This document shows, in pieces, positions 1 through 9,584 of a DNA stretch of 64,000 nt. The position numbers and the translations under genes were made by a program. The notes below the pieces were generated by a model. It was not told the origin of the DNA and did not search any database. It worked only from the letters and a program-made list of their open reading frames with translations. The DNA is taken from NCBI GenBank assembly GCA_964631595.1, contig CAZVXL010000010.1, forward strand, positions 685 to 64,684, written 5' to 3'. Position 1 is the first letter of the stretch. The number at the start of each line of letters is the position of its first letter. Source of the DNA: an uncultured Lachnospiraceae bacterium (GTDB taxonomy: Bacteria; Bacillota; Clostridia; Oscillospirales; CAG-272).

Positions 1-44
1 AGCGCGGCAAGACGTAGAGGTGTGCCGAGCTGTGACGGAGAGCG

Positions 45-78
45 AAAAGGGGGACTGCGGCGGCTGCCGCAGTCCCCC
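45..78 (-). terminator. Intrinsic terminator of the dockerin/DUF4091 gene
   Basis: Inverted repeat gggggactgcggc/gccgcagtccccc with an A-tract at 45-48 (U-tract on minus), just past the stop at 85. Confidence 0.8.
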
Positions 79-84
79 GAGGGA

Positions 85-2196
85 TCACTGTGCGTTTTCG
101 ATGATCTCGGCAACGGCATCTCTTGCCGCTTCGAGGTAATCGGGATTTTCCTTGACGTAGGTCACGCCCGTCGTCAGAGTATTGACGATCTTCATGACCT
201 CCTCGGTGCCGACGATCTCCTCTGCCATTCTGAGGTAATCGAAGTCATCGAAGCCGTCACGGATCTGGACGAGCCTGAAGGTCGCAATGGGCTCGGTGTA
301 GCCGAACAACTGACCGTAGAGCAGGAGATTTCCGTCACCGATGCCGGGATAATCCTTCATGTTCTTGTGAACTTTTCCCCAGTCGGCGGTGGTAGCCCAG
401 TAGAGGAAGCCGTCAACGTCGAACATGAACTGCTGCCACCAGATCACGCGGTTCATGACGCCCTGCTGCATTGTAAAGAGATTCGGGTACGGGAACGGAG
501 GCTCGATACATACGTACCACCACAGCTCCTTGCCGAGCTCGTACTTCAGAGACTGAAGACGCGGCAGGCTCTCTCCGTACTTTATGAATGCCTGTCTGGG
601 AGTCCAGAACGAGTGACCGTAGCGGTCATCGTCGAAATTCTTCATAAATCCGTCGGAGCGGGGAACGAAGATGTCCACGTAGGGCTTGATGAACTCAAGC
701 ATATCTATGTTCTTGGCTCTGTCGACCATCGAGTTGAAGAAGGGCATGATGATCTTGAAGTCGTCCGTTCCGAGCAGATCCACAAGATACTCGTACTGTC
801 CCTGAACAAGAGCGTAGCCGGGCTCGTAGGGCTCGTCCACGTAGTACAGGTGCCCCTTCTCCTTCCAGACCTCATTCGACTGCACCTTGTTGAATGCCGC
901 AACAAGCTCCTCGGCGTTGTCCTCGTCGGGGAAGCGGAGATTCTCTCCGCCGATCTCAAAGGAAGTGACTCTCGGATCCGACATATACGCATCGGCTCTG
1001 GGATCGGTCACATCGAAGGGGAGCTGGTATGCCGATACGTTGTGATCGAGCAGGAGCTCGTAGTATTTCGAGTAGGTCTTGGAGTCGTCACCCGACCACA
1101 GACCGAGGGTGGCGTGGATATCGTACCAGCTCAGTCCGAAGGAGGATGCACTGTAGGGAGTATCGGGAAGTGCGAAATTCCATACGTATGCGTACACGTT
1201 CGCGCACTTTATCACATTGCCGTCGGCATCCTTGACGGAGAGCACCGCCTTGTACATTCCGGCAGGGGAGTCGGGCGCGGTTGTCACGTTGATGTGGAAG
1301 CCGTGGGACTTGCCCTCGGTCACCTCAAAGGAATCCGCAAGGGGAAGCAGTGCCTCGGGGAAATATCCCGTTTCCGAGGTCTCACCGCCGTTGCCCTTGA
1401 GTGAGTTGGTGTACACGGTCATATTATAATAATAATACTGATAGATGTTGCCCGTGAGAGTGCCCTCGCCGTATTCGTGTACGAAGTCGGACAGCTCAAC
1501 GGTGAGTCCCTCCGCCGAGAAGCTCGGCGTGATGAAGAACTGGCAGGACTCGGTCTCGTTTTTGGCGAGCTTCATTTTATACGCATACTCTCCGGTGCTC
1601 TGCGTATTGTCGCGGCTGATCTTCATGAGAGGCGTCTCGAAATAGAGCTCCATGTCGGAGCGCTCGTTTTCCGCGATCAGCTTCTCGTTTCTGAATACCA
1701 TGCGAACATCTCCGAGGGAGATGTCGTCCCAGCCTGCCGCGTATTTCAGCAGCTTCACCGCATCTGCGATGTTGACCTCTCCGTCTGCCGTGTCTGCGAC
1801 ATTGGCGGCGGCAAGGCTCATCTCACTGCCCCAGCCGGCGAGATACTTCAGAGTGGAGGTGACGTCGCCGAGGTTTATCTTACCGTTTCTGTCAACGTCT
1901 CCGTATATGAGTGCCTTCAGCGAATCCGCTCCGGCAGTGACGGTATCGTCGGTGGCAACGGGATCGGTATCCGCCTTTTCCTTGCCGTCTGCGCCGAGGA
2001 TAGAGACGGCGGAGGCAAATTCGGCTTTGAGCTTGCCTACGGTGACGGTGCCGTCGATGTTGTCTACGTAGCCGTTCTCGGCATCGAGAACGAGGTGCGA
2101 GGACTCGGTGAGAGTCAGAGCGCCGTCGGCAAATGCCGCGGGAGCGGCGCCGATGAGCATGAGACCCGCGAGAGCCGCGGAAAGAATCTTCTTCAT
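85..2196 (-). CDS. Secreted X-module + dockerin + DUF4091-containing glycoside hydrolase (GH123 / beta-N-acetylgalactosaminidase-like)
   Basis: Start at MKKILSAAL (RBS aaggagaa); Sec signal; duplicated dockerin GDVDRNGKINLGD..LKYLAGW / ADGEVNIAD..LKYAAGW; YYVDEP, WWYVC, GFLYW, GDGNL and RLVQIRDGFDDFDY motifs typical of DUF4091/GH123-like proteins. Confidence 0.75.
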   Translation of the reverse strand: MKKILSAALAGLMLIGAAPAAFADGALTLTESSHLVLDAENGYVDNIDGTVTVGKLKAEFASAVSILGADGKEKADTDPVATDDTVTAGADSLKALIYGDVDRNGKINLGDVTSTLKYLAGWGSEMSLAAANVADTADGEVNIADAVKLLKYAAGWDDISLGDVRMVFRNEKLIAENERSDMELYFETPLMKISRDNTQSTGEYAYKMKLAKNETESCQFFITPSFSAEGLTVELSDFVHEYGEGTLTGNIYQYYYYNMTVYTNSLKGNGGETSETGYFPEALLPLADSFEVTEGKSHGFHINVTTAPDSPAGMYKAVLSVKDADGNVIKCANVYAYVWNFALPDTPYSASSFGLSWYDIHATLGLWSGDDSKTYSKYYELLLDHNVSAYQLPFDVTDPRADAYMSDPRVTSFEIGGENLRFPDEDNAEELVAAFNKVQSNEVWKEKGHLYYVDEPYEPGYALVQGQYEYLVDLLGTDDFKIIMPFFNSMVDRAKNIDMLEFIKPYVDIFVPRSDGFMKNFDDDRYGHSFWTPRQAFIKYGESLPRLQSLKYELGKELWWYVCIEPPFPYPNLFTMQQGVMNRVIWWQQFMFDVDGFLYWATTADWGKVHKNMKDYPGIGDGNLLLYGQLFGYTEPIATFRLVQIRDGFDDFDYLRMAEEIVGTEEVMKIVNTLTTGVTYVKENPDYLEAARDAVAEIIENAQ

Positions 2197-2226
2197 TTTT
2201 TTCTCCTTGAGTAAAGTGGTACATAT

Positions 2227-2255
2227 ATTATACGGGCTATTCGCCTGTTTGTCAA
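2227..2255 (-). promoter_or_regulatory. Consensus sigma70/sigmaA promoter of the dockerin-hydrolase gene
   Basis: TTGACA-17 nt-TATAAT on the minus strand. Confidence 0.85.
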
Positions 2256-2317
2256 CCACGGACCGAAGATTTCGGGAGTGCGGAAAAGGGGAAACGGCGG
2301 GGCACTGAGGTGCAAAT

Positions 2318-2357
2318 TATGCATAAATATACATAATATACTGCATAAATATGCACA
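2318..2357. promoter_or_regulatory. Tandem ARG boxes (ArgR operator), distal
   Basis: TGCATAAATATACA (2320-2333) and TGCATAAATATGCA (2342-2355) match the TGnATwwwwATnCA core, upstream of the arg operon. Confidence 0.7.
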
Positions 2358-2470
2358 AGCACCCGCGCATCGTGCCCACCGCACACGGCTTCTGTCACAA
2401 TTTCCACTAAAAAGCCCACCGATAAGATAATATTTGTGCAGTATTGTGCTGTTCTTTTCACCGAAACCAC

Positions 2471-2538
2471 TTGAAATTTGCGTATTCATCGGGTATAATA
2501 AATATGTATTTTGATAAATCAGTGCATGAATATGCAAT
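2471..2538 (+). promoter_or_regulatory. arg operon promoter with downstream ARG box
   Basis: TTGAAA(2471)-17-TATAAT(2494); TGCATGAATATGCA at 2523-2536 just before the RBS ggagg. Confidence 0.8.
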
Positions 2539-2552
2539 TTTGGAGGTTAATT

Positions 2553-3779
2553 ATGAATAAGGCAGATATCAAAAAGGTCGTGCTGGCGTACTCGGGCGGA
2601 CTTGACACGTCCATCATCATTCCGTGGCTGAAGGAAAATTACAACAACTGCGAGGTCATCGCGGTATCCGGCAACGTGGGTCAGGCGGATGAGCTTGAGG
2701 GACTTGAGGAAAAGGCAATAAAGACCGGAGCATCAAAGCTCTACGTGCTTGATCTGACCGACGATTACGTTGACAACTACATCATTCCCTGCGTGAAGGC
2801 GGGAGCAAAGTACGAGGATTACCTTCTCGGCACGTCTCATGCCCGTCCCTGCATCGCAAAGGCTCTTGTCGATATAGCAAAGAAGGAGGGCGCCGACGCG
2901 ATCTGCCACGGCTGTACCGGTAAGGGTAACGATCAGGTGCGCTTCGAGCTGACCATAAAGGCGTTTGCTCCCGATATGCCCATCATCGCACCTTGGAGGG
3001 AGTGGGATATCAAATCCCGTGAGGAGGAGATCGACTACGCCGAGGCTCACAATGTGCCGCTGAAGATCAACCGCGAGACCAACTATTCAAAGGACAAGAA
3101 CCTGTGGCATCTGTCTCACGAGGGACTTGATCTTGAGGATGCGGGCAACGAGCCCATGTACGATCATCCCGGCTTCCTTGAGATGGGCGTATCTCCGATG
3201 CAGGCTCCCGATGAGGCTACATACATCACTCTTGATTTCGAGGCGGGTGTTCCCGTTGCTCTTGACGGCGAGCGTATGAGCGCTAAGGACATCATTCTGA
3301 AGCTCAACGAGCTCGGCGGCAAAAACGGTATCGGACTTCTTGACATCGTGGAGAACCGTCTGGTCGGCATGAAGTGCCGCGGCGTGTACGAGACTCCCGG
3401 CGGAGAGATACTCTACTTCGCACACAACTATCTTGAGACGCTCTGCCTTGACAAGATGACCGCGCACAAGAAGCAGGAGCTCTCCGTGACATTCGCGGAG
3501 CTCGTATACAACGGACAGTGGTTCACTCCCCTCCGCGAGGCTCTCTCCGCATTTGTGGATAAGACTCAGGAGCACGTTACCGGTAAGGTCAAGCTGAAGC
3601 TCTACAAGGGCAACATTATCAAGGCAGGAGCATGGAGCGACTGGTCGCTCTACTCCGAGGAGATCGCCACCTTCGGTGAGGATCACGTTTACGATCAGGC
3701 GGATGCTACCGGCTTTATCAACCTGTTCGGTCTGCCAATCAAGGTGCAGTCTCAGGTGAACGCGAAGAACGCCGAGTAA
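2553..3779 (+). CDS. argG: Argininosuccinate synthase
   Basis: [39 protein letters not shown] motifs. Confidence 0.98.
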   Translation: MNKADIKKVVLAYSGGLDTSIIIPWLKENYNNCEVIAVSGNVGQADELEGLEEKAIKTGASKLYVLDLTDDYVDNYIIPCVKAGAKYEDYLLGTSHARPCIAKALVDIAKKEGADAICHGCTGKGNDQVRFELTIKAFAPDMPIIAPWREWDIKSREEEIDYAEAHNVPLKINRETNYSKDKNLWHLSHEGLDLEDAGNEPMYDHPGFLEMGVSPMQAPDEATYITLDFEAGVPVALDGERMSAKDIILKLNELGGKNGIGLLDIVENRLVGMKCRGVYETPGGEILYFAHNYLETLCLDKMTAHKKQELSVTFAELVYNGQWFTPLREALSAFVDKTQEHVTGKVKLKLYKGNIIKAGAWSDWSLYSEEIATFGEDHVYDQADATGFINLFGLPIKVQSQVNAKNAE

Positions 3780-3860
3780 TTACACACCCCATTGAGGCGG
3801 CACCGCACGGAGCCGCCTCGCGGGGCATACGGCACAAAAATATATATTAAGGAAATTATT

Positions 3861-5252
3861 ATGGCTGAAAAAATGTGGGCGGGACGGTTCAAGGCCGCTC
3901 TTGACAAGGAAGCCGACGACTTCAATTCCTCAATACACTTCGATTCCAGAATGTGGAGGGAGGATATCGAGGGCTCGGTGGCGCACGCGAAAATGCTTGC
4001 GAAATGCGGTATCATAGACGAGGCGGACAGCGTTGCCGTGATAGACGGACTGACGGGGATCCGCGACGATCTTGCCTCTGGCAGGCTTGAGATAGATCCC
4101 GAGTGCGAGGATATCCATATGTTCGTGGAGAAGGTGCTGACCGACAGGATAGGAGATGCCGGAAAGCGCCTGCATACGGCGCGAAGCCGCAACGATCAGG
4201 TCGCACTTGATCTGAGAATGTATATGCGTACCGCCGCCGCGGAGGTGCGTGAGCAGGCTGTCCTTCTTTGCCGCGCCGTCTGCAATAAGGCGGAGGAATA
4301 CCATGCTGCCATAATGCCGGGCTATACGCATTTGCAGCGCGCACAGCCCATTACCTTCGGGCATCACCTCATGGCGTATGCCATGATGCTCCTCCGCGAT
4401 ATCGGAAGGATCCGCGACGCCGAAAAGAGGCTTGATGCCTCTCCCATCGGCTGTTGTGCTCTTGCGGGCACTACGTATAATACGGATCGCCGCTACGAGG
4501 CGGAGCTTCTCGGCTTTTCCGAGCTGTGCAGAAACAGCCTTGACGGAGTGTCCGACAGAGATTTCGCGCTTGAGCTGATGAGCGCGTTTTCGATCATGAT
4601 GATGCACCTTTCCCGCTTCTCCGAGGAGATCATTCTCTGGTCAAGCTGGGAGTTCGGCTTTGTCGAGCTGTCCGATTCCTTTACGACGGGCTCATCTATC
4701 ATGCCGCAGAAGAAAAATTCCGATATTGCCGAGCTTGTGAGAGGCAAGACCGGACGTGTATACGGCGACCTCATGGCGCTCTTGACCGCGATGAAGGGAC
4801 TTCCGCTTGCATATAACAAGGATATGCAGGAGGACAAGGAGGCGATCTTCGATTGCACGGATACGGTGAAGAAGTGCCTCGAAGTATTTACGCCGATGAT
4901 AGAGACGATGAGCGCAAGAACGGAGAATATGGCGAGAGCCGCCAAAAAGGGCTTTATCAATGCCACCGATCTTGCGGACTATATGGTGGGCAAGGGTATC
5001 CCCTTCCGCACCGCATACAAGATCACGGGCGAGCTGGTGGCATATTGCATAGACAGCGACCGAGTGCTTGAGGAGCTTACTCTTGATGAGTTCAGAGGCT
5101 TCTCCGAGGTGCTTGACGAGGGACTCTACGAGGCGATAGACCTTGCGGCGTGTGTTGAGCGCAGAAGGTCCGAGGGCGGCACCGCACCGGAGAGCGTGAA
5201 GAAGCAGATCGAGTGGGTAAGAGAGCGCCTTGACAGCCTGTGCGCGGAATAA
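3861..5252 (+). CDS. argH: Argininosuccinate lyase
   Basis: MWAGRF, LHTARSRNDQ, GSSIMPQKKN, LPLAYNKDMQEDK. Confidence 0.98.
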   Translation: MAEKMWAGRFKAALDKEADDFNSSIHFDSRMWREDIEGSVAHAKMLAKCGIIDEADSVAVIDGLTGIRDDLASGRLEIDPECEDIHMFVEKVLTDRIGDAGKRLHTARSRNDQVALDLRMYMRTAAAEVREQAVLLCRAVCNKAEEYHAAIMPGYTHLQRAQPITFGHHLMAYAMMLLRDIGRIRDAEKRLDASPIGCCALAGTTYNTDRRYEAELLGFSELCRNSLDGVSDRDFALELMSAFSIMMMHLSRFSEEIILWSSWEFGFVELSDSFTTGSSIMPQKKNSDIAELVRGKTGRVYGDLMALLTAMKGLPLAYNKDMQEDKEAIFDCTDTVKKCLEVFTPMIETMSARTENMARAAKKGFINATDLADYMVGKGIPFRTAYKITGELVAYCIDSDRVLEELTLDEFRGFSEVLDEGLYEAIDLAACVERRRSEGGTAPESVKKQIEWVRERLDSLCAE

Positions 5253-5266
5253 GTGAGGAGAGATAC

Positions 5267-6190
5267 ATGACGAGGGTGTTCGTAGACGGAAGCGCCGGAA
5301 CCACGGGGCTTCGCATACTTGACAGACTGAAGGACAGAGACGGTGTCGAGCTCATTACCCTTGACGGGGAAAACAGAAAGAGCACGGAGGCGAGACGCGC
5401 CGCGATAAACGATGCGGATGCGGTATTCCTCTGCCTTCCCGACGATGCGGCGAGAGAGGCTGTGTCGCTGTGCGAAAACGACAGCACCGTGATAATAGAT
5501 GCCTCTACCGCTCACCGCACCGCGGCGGGCTGGGTATACGGCTTCCCCGAGCTGTACGGAGACGTGTCGGTGCTGAGAGGTTCCAAGCGGATCGCCGTGC
5601 CCGGCTGTCACGCCAGCGGATTTATCGCACTTGTGAGACCGCTTGTCGCGGCGGGTATAGTAAAGCCCGAGACTCATCTGTTTTGCAGCTCGATCAGCGG
5701 CTATTCCGGCGCCGGAAAAAAGGCGATAGCCGTATACGAGTCGGAGGACAGAGATCCTCTCCTTGATGCTCCGAGGCAGTATGCGCTTACGCAGACGCAC
5801 AAGCATCTGCCCGAGATGCAGGCGATGACGGGAATCTCGGCGCCTCCGGCGTTCTGTCCGCTGATATGCGATTTCTACAGCGGAATGGAGGTCACCGTGC
5901 CGCTGTTTGCCGATGATATATGCGGAGATGCCGAGGATATAAAAAGGATATACGCCGACACCTACGGCGGTGAGATAGTGGCGTACAGGGAGAGCTCCTC
6001 CGAGGACGGCTTCATGTCGGCGGCGGCTCTGTCGGGCACGGACAGAATGGAGCTGACCGTGCACGGAAACGGCGACAGGATACTGCTTGTCGCAAGGTAT
6101 GACAATCTCGGTAAGGGCGCCTCGGGTGCCGCGGTGCAGTGCTTTAACATCGTGACGGGCAGACCGCAGACCGAGGGTCTTGAGCTGTGA
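5267..6190 (+). CDS. argC: N-acetyl-gamma-glutamyl-phosphate reductase (short type-2 ArgC)
   Basis: VFVDGSAGTTGL, IDASTAHR, PGCHASG, DNLGKGASGAAVQ. Confidence 0.95.
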   Translation: MTRVFVDGSAGTTGLRILDRLKDRDGVELITLDGENRKSTEARRAAINDADAVFLCLPDDAAREAVSLCENDSTVIIDASTAHRTAAGWVYGFPELYGDVSVLRGSKRIAVPGCHASGFIALVRPLVAAGIVKPETHLFCSSISGYSGAGKKAIAVYESEDRDPLLDAPRQYALTQTHKHLPEMQAMTGISAPPAFCPLICDFYSGMEVTVPLFADDICGDAEDIKRIYADTYGGEIVAYRESSSEDGFMSAAALSGTDRMELTVHGNGDRILLVARYDNLGKGASGAAVQCFNIVTGRPQTEGLEL

Positions 6191-6234
6191 CGGAGATGCT
6201 TACGATATCAAGTGGTCGATGAAAGGATTTGAGT

Positions 6235-7446
6235 ATGACTAAAATTACAGGCGGCGTTTGTGCCGCAAAGGGATTCACTGCGGCGGGAGTTCACTGCGGA
6301 ATAAGGAAAAACCGCACAAAAAGAGACCTTGCCGTCATTTTCAGTGAGAAAAGGGGCGCCGCCGCGGCGGTGTATACCCAAAATCTTGTAAAGGGAGCTC
6401 CCTTGCAGGTCACAAGAGAGCATATCTCCGACGGATATGCTCAGGCAGTCGTATGTAACAGCGGTAACGCCAACACCTGTAATGCAAACGGAGTCGAGAT
6501 AGCGGAGACCATGGCGGGAATTGCCGCAGATGCGCTGGGAATATCCGCCGCTGACGTGATCGTTGCTTCCACGGGAGTTATCGGACAACCGCTTGACATC
6601 GAGCCGATAGCGGCGGGCGTTCCGAAGGCGGTCGCTCTCCTCGGCGACAACGGCGAGGATGCGGCAGAGGCGATAATGACTACGGATACGGTGAAAAAAG
6701 AGGTCGCGTATTCCTTTGAGCTCGGCGGTACGGAGTGCCGCATCGGAGGAATCGCGAAGGGCTCCGGCATGATACACCCCAACATGGCGACGATGCTCTG
6801 CTTTATCACCACGGATGCCGCAATATCTCCCGAGATGCTGAGGCTTGCCCTTTCGGGAGACGTTACGGATACCTTTAATATGCTGTCGATAGACGGCGAT
6901 ACCTCCACGAACGATATGTGCTCCGTCATTGCAAACGGAATGGCGGGAAATCCCGAGATAGTATCCGAGGGGGAGGATTTCGAGAGCTTCAAGGCGGCGC
7001 TTCGCGCAGTTACCGATGAGCTGTGCAGACTCCTTGCCGGAGACGGAGAGGGAGCGACAAAGCTTCTTGAGTGTCACGTTACGGGAGCACCGGATAAGCA
7101 GACCGCGAGAATCGTCGCAAAGTCAGTCGTCTGCTCGTCGCTTCTGAAGGCGGCAATGTTCGGTGCGGATGCGAACTGGGGCAGAGTCCTCTGCGCCGTC
7201 GGCTACAGCGGAGCCGATGTCGATGTCACAAAGATCGCGCTCTCCTTCAGCTCCGCCGCGGGCGAGATAGAGGTGTGCAAAAACGGCGCGGGCATAGATT
7301 TCTCGGAGGAGAAGGCAAAGACGGTGCTCAGCGAGAAGGAGATCGGCATTATGCTTGATCTTTGTCAGGGAAGCGAGAGCGCGCTTGCAAGAGGCTGCGA
7401 CCTCACATACGATTACGTGAAGATCAACGGCGATTACCGCACCTGA
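6235..7446 (+). CDS. argJ: Ornithine acetyltransferase / N-acetylglutamate synthase
   Basis: NSGNAN, KGSGMIHPNMATML autocleavage site, DGDTSTND, GDGEGATK, DYVKINGDYRT. Confidence 0.97.
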   Translation: MTKITGGVCAAKGFTAAGVHCGIRKNRTKRDLAVIFSEKRGAAAAVYTQNLVKGAPLQVTREHISDGYAQAVVCNSGNANTCNANGVEIAETMAGIAADALGISAADVIVASTGVIGQPLDIEPIAAGVPKAVALLGDNGEDAAEAIMTTDTVKKEVAYSFELGGTECRIGGIAKGSGMIHPNMATMLCFITTDAAISPEMLRLALSGDVTDTFNMLSIDGDTSTNDMCSVIANGMAGNPEIVSEGEDFESFKAALRAVTDELCRLLAGDGEGATKLLECHVTGAPDKQTARIVAKSVVCSSLLKAAMFGADANWGRVLCAVGYSGADVDVTKIALSFSSAAGEIEVCKNGAGIDFSEEKAKTVLSEKEIGIMLDLCQGSESALARGCDLTYDYVKINGDYRT

Positions 7447-7464
7447 GACAGATCGGAGAAGACT

Positions 7465-8319
7465 ATGGATATAAACAACGCACAGCGCGCGGAGGTGCTC
7501 GTCGAGGCGCTTCCGTACATACAAAAATACTACAACAAGATCGTCGTGGTGAAGTACGGCGGAAATGCCATGGTGAACGAGGAGCTCAAAAAATGCGTGA
7601 TGGGTGACATCGTGCTGATGAACCTCATCGGCATCAAGGTGGTGCTCGTACACGGCGGAGGCCCCGAGATCACCGATATGCTTGCGAGGGTCGGAAAGAA
7701 GTCCGAATTCGTGGACGGGCTCCGCGTGACCGACAAGGAGACTGCCGAGATAGTTCAGATGGTGCTTGCGGGCAAGATAAACAAGAGCCTTGTAAATCTT
7801 TTGCAAAACAAGGGCGGCAGAGCTATCGGACTTTCCGGAATGGACGGACACATGATCGAGGCGACAACGCTTGATCCCAGACTCGGATACGTCGGTGAGA
7901 TCACAAGCATAAACATAGACCCCATTGTCGATATGCTTGATAACGGGTATATCCCCGTTATCTCCACCGTCGGCTGTGACGATGAGGGAAACAGCTACAA
8001 TATCAATGCCGACACCGCGGCGGCGAAGATCGCCGGAGGGCTCGGAGCGGAGTGTCTCATCTCAATGACCGATATCGAGGGCATTTTGAGAGATAAGGAC
8101 GATCCCACCACCCTTATCCGCAAGATCAATGCATCCGAGGCACCCGAGCTCATACGGAGCGGTATCATCTCGGGCGGAATGATCCCGAAGATCGAGTGCT
8201 GTATCGACGCGATAAACAGCGGCGTGGGCAAGGTGTTTATAATCGACGGACGTGTGCCCCACTCCATTCTCATGGAGATACTTACCGATGCGGGACTCGG
8301 TACGATGTTCAAAAAGTAA
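7465..8319 (+). CDS. argB: Acetylglutamate kinase
   Basis: VVKYGGNAM, VHGGGPEI, NINADTAA, GGMIPK. Confidence 0.97.
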   Translation: MDINNAQRAEVLVEALPYIQKYYNKIVVVKYGGNAMVNEELKKCVMGDIVLMNLIGIKVVLVHGGGPEITDMLARVGKKSEFVDGLRVTDKETAEIVQMVLAGKINKSLVNLLQNKGGRAIGLSGMDGHMIEATTLDPRLGYVGEITSINIDPIVDMLDNGYIPVISTVGCDDEGNSYNINADTAAAKIAGGLGAECLISMTDIEGILRDKDDPTTLIRKINASEAPELIRSGIISGGMIPKIECCIDAINSGVGKVFIIDGRVPHSILMEILTDAGLGTMFKK

Positions 8320-8391
8320 AAAACGGCCGGACGGAGAGGATGCTTTCCGTGAGCCTAAGATACCGCCGCAAACAGCGGCACGGAGATTATT

Positions 8392-9579
8392 ATGACTTCA
8401 AAAGAGATAATGGAGCTTGACGGCAGGTATGCCTTAAATACATATGCGAGATTCCCCGTCGCACTTGTCAGCGGCAAGGGAGCCGAGCTGTACGATGCCG
8501 AGGGAAAAAGATACATTGATATGGGAACGGGTATCGGCGTGTCGGTGTTCGGAGCCTGCGATGAGGAATGGCGAAGCAGTGTCACAGAGCAGCTCTCAAG
8601 GCTTCAGCATACGTCGAATCTGTACTACAACGAGCCATCCGCACGCCTTGCCGAGCTGATCTGCACGCGCACGGGCATGAGCCGCGTGTTCTTCTGCAAT
8701 TCGGGCGCGGAGGCGAACGAGTGCGCGATCAAGGCGGCACGTAAGTACGGCGAGACGCGTCGCGGCAAGGATTGCTATACTGTGATCACATTGCAGAACA
8801 GCTTCCACGGCAGAACGATAACGACTCTTTCCGCCACGGGACAGGACGTGTTCCATGAATCGTTTACTCCCATGACCGAGGGCTTTGTCTTTGCCGAGGC
8901 AAATTGCCTCTCCTCGGTGGAAAAGCTGATAAGCGAGCACAACTGTGCAGCCGTCATGCTTGAGGTCGTTCAGGGTGAGGGCGGCGTTATCGCGCTTGAG
9001 CCGGAATTTGTTAAGGGCTGTGAGAGGCTGTGCCGTGAGCACGATCTTCTGTTCATCGTGGATGAGGTGCAGACGGGCAACGGACGCACGGGCGAGCTTT
9101 ACGCATATATGAACTACGGCGTAACCCCTGATGTGTTCACTACGGCAAAGGGCATTGCGGGCGGACTTCCCATGGGTGCGACCGTCATGAATGAGAAGGC
9201 GGCTGCACTGTTTGCGCCCGGCTCCAACGGCTCCACCTTCGGAGCAAATCCCGTGTGTGCCGCGGGAGCGCTGTCGGTGCTCTCAAGGATCGACAGAGCT
9301 CTGCTTGACGGAGTTCGCGAGCGCGGAGAATATATCCGCCGCACTTTAAGCGGAGTAAAGGGAGTCGTGTCCGTTTCCGGACTCGGACTTATGCTCGGTA
9401 TCGAGCTTGAATGTGATGCGGGAGCGGTAATAAACCGTCTGATAGATAAGGGCGTGCTTGTGCTCAAGGCGAAGAACAAGATCAGACTGCTGCCGCCGCT
9501 CAATATACCGACCGAGCTTCTCGGTGAGGCTGTCGGTAAGCTTTCGGAGGCTATCACCGAAGAAATGAATAAGGAGTGA
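8392..9579 (+). CDS. argD: Acetylornithine aminotransferase
   Basis: NSGAEANE, SFHGRT, DEVQTG, TTAKG (PLP lysine); operon context. Confidence 0.95.
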   Translation: MTSKEIMELDGRYALNTYARFPVALVSGKGAELYDAEGKRYIDMGTGIGVSVFGACDEEWRSSVTEQLSRLQHTSNLYYNEPSARLAELICTRTGMSRVFFCNSGAEANECAIKAARKYGETRRGKDCYTVITLQNSFHGRTITTLSATGQDVFHESFTPMTEGFVFAEANCLSSVEKLISEHNCAAVMLEVVQGEGGVIALEPEFVKGCERLCREHDLLFIVDEVQTGNGRTGELYAYMNYGVTPDVFTTAKGIAGGLPMGATVMNEKAAALFAPGSNGSTFGANPVCAAGALSVLSRIDRALLDGVRERGEYIRRTLSGVKGVVSVSGLGLMLGIELECDAGAVINRLIDKGVLVLKAKNKIRLLPPLNIPTELLGEAVGKLSEAITEEMNKE

Positions 9580-9584
9580 TTAAC

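Noticed and set aside
22-1404. Long antisense ORFs (also 22128-23489, 24617-25786, 26364-27509, 30258-31325, 45162-46310, 51886-53406, 61982-62821)
   Set aside because: They lie opposite well-supported genes, have no RBS or family motifs, and are expected shadows of biased codon usage in GC-rich DNA
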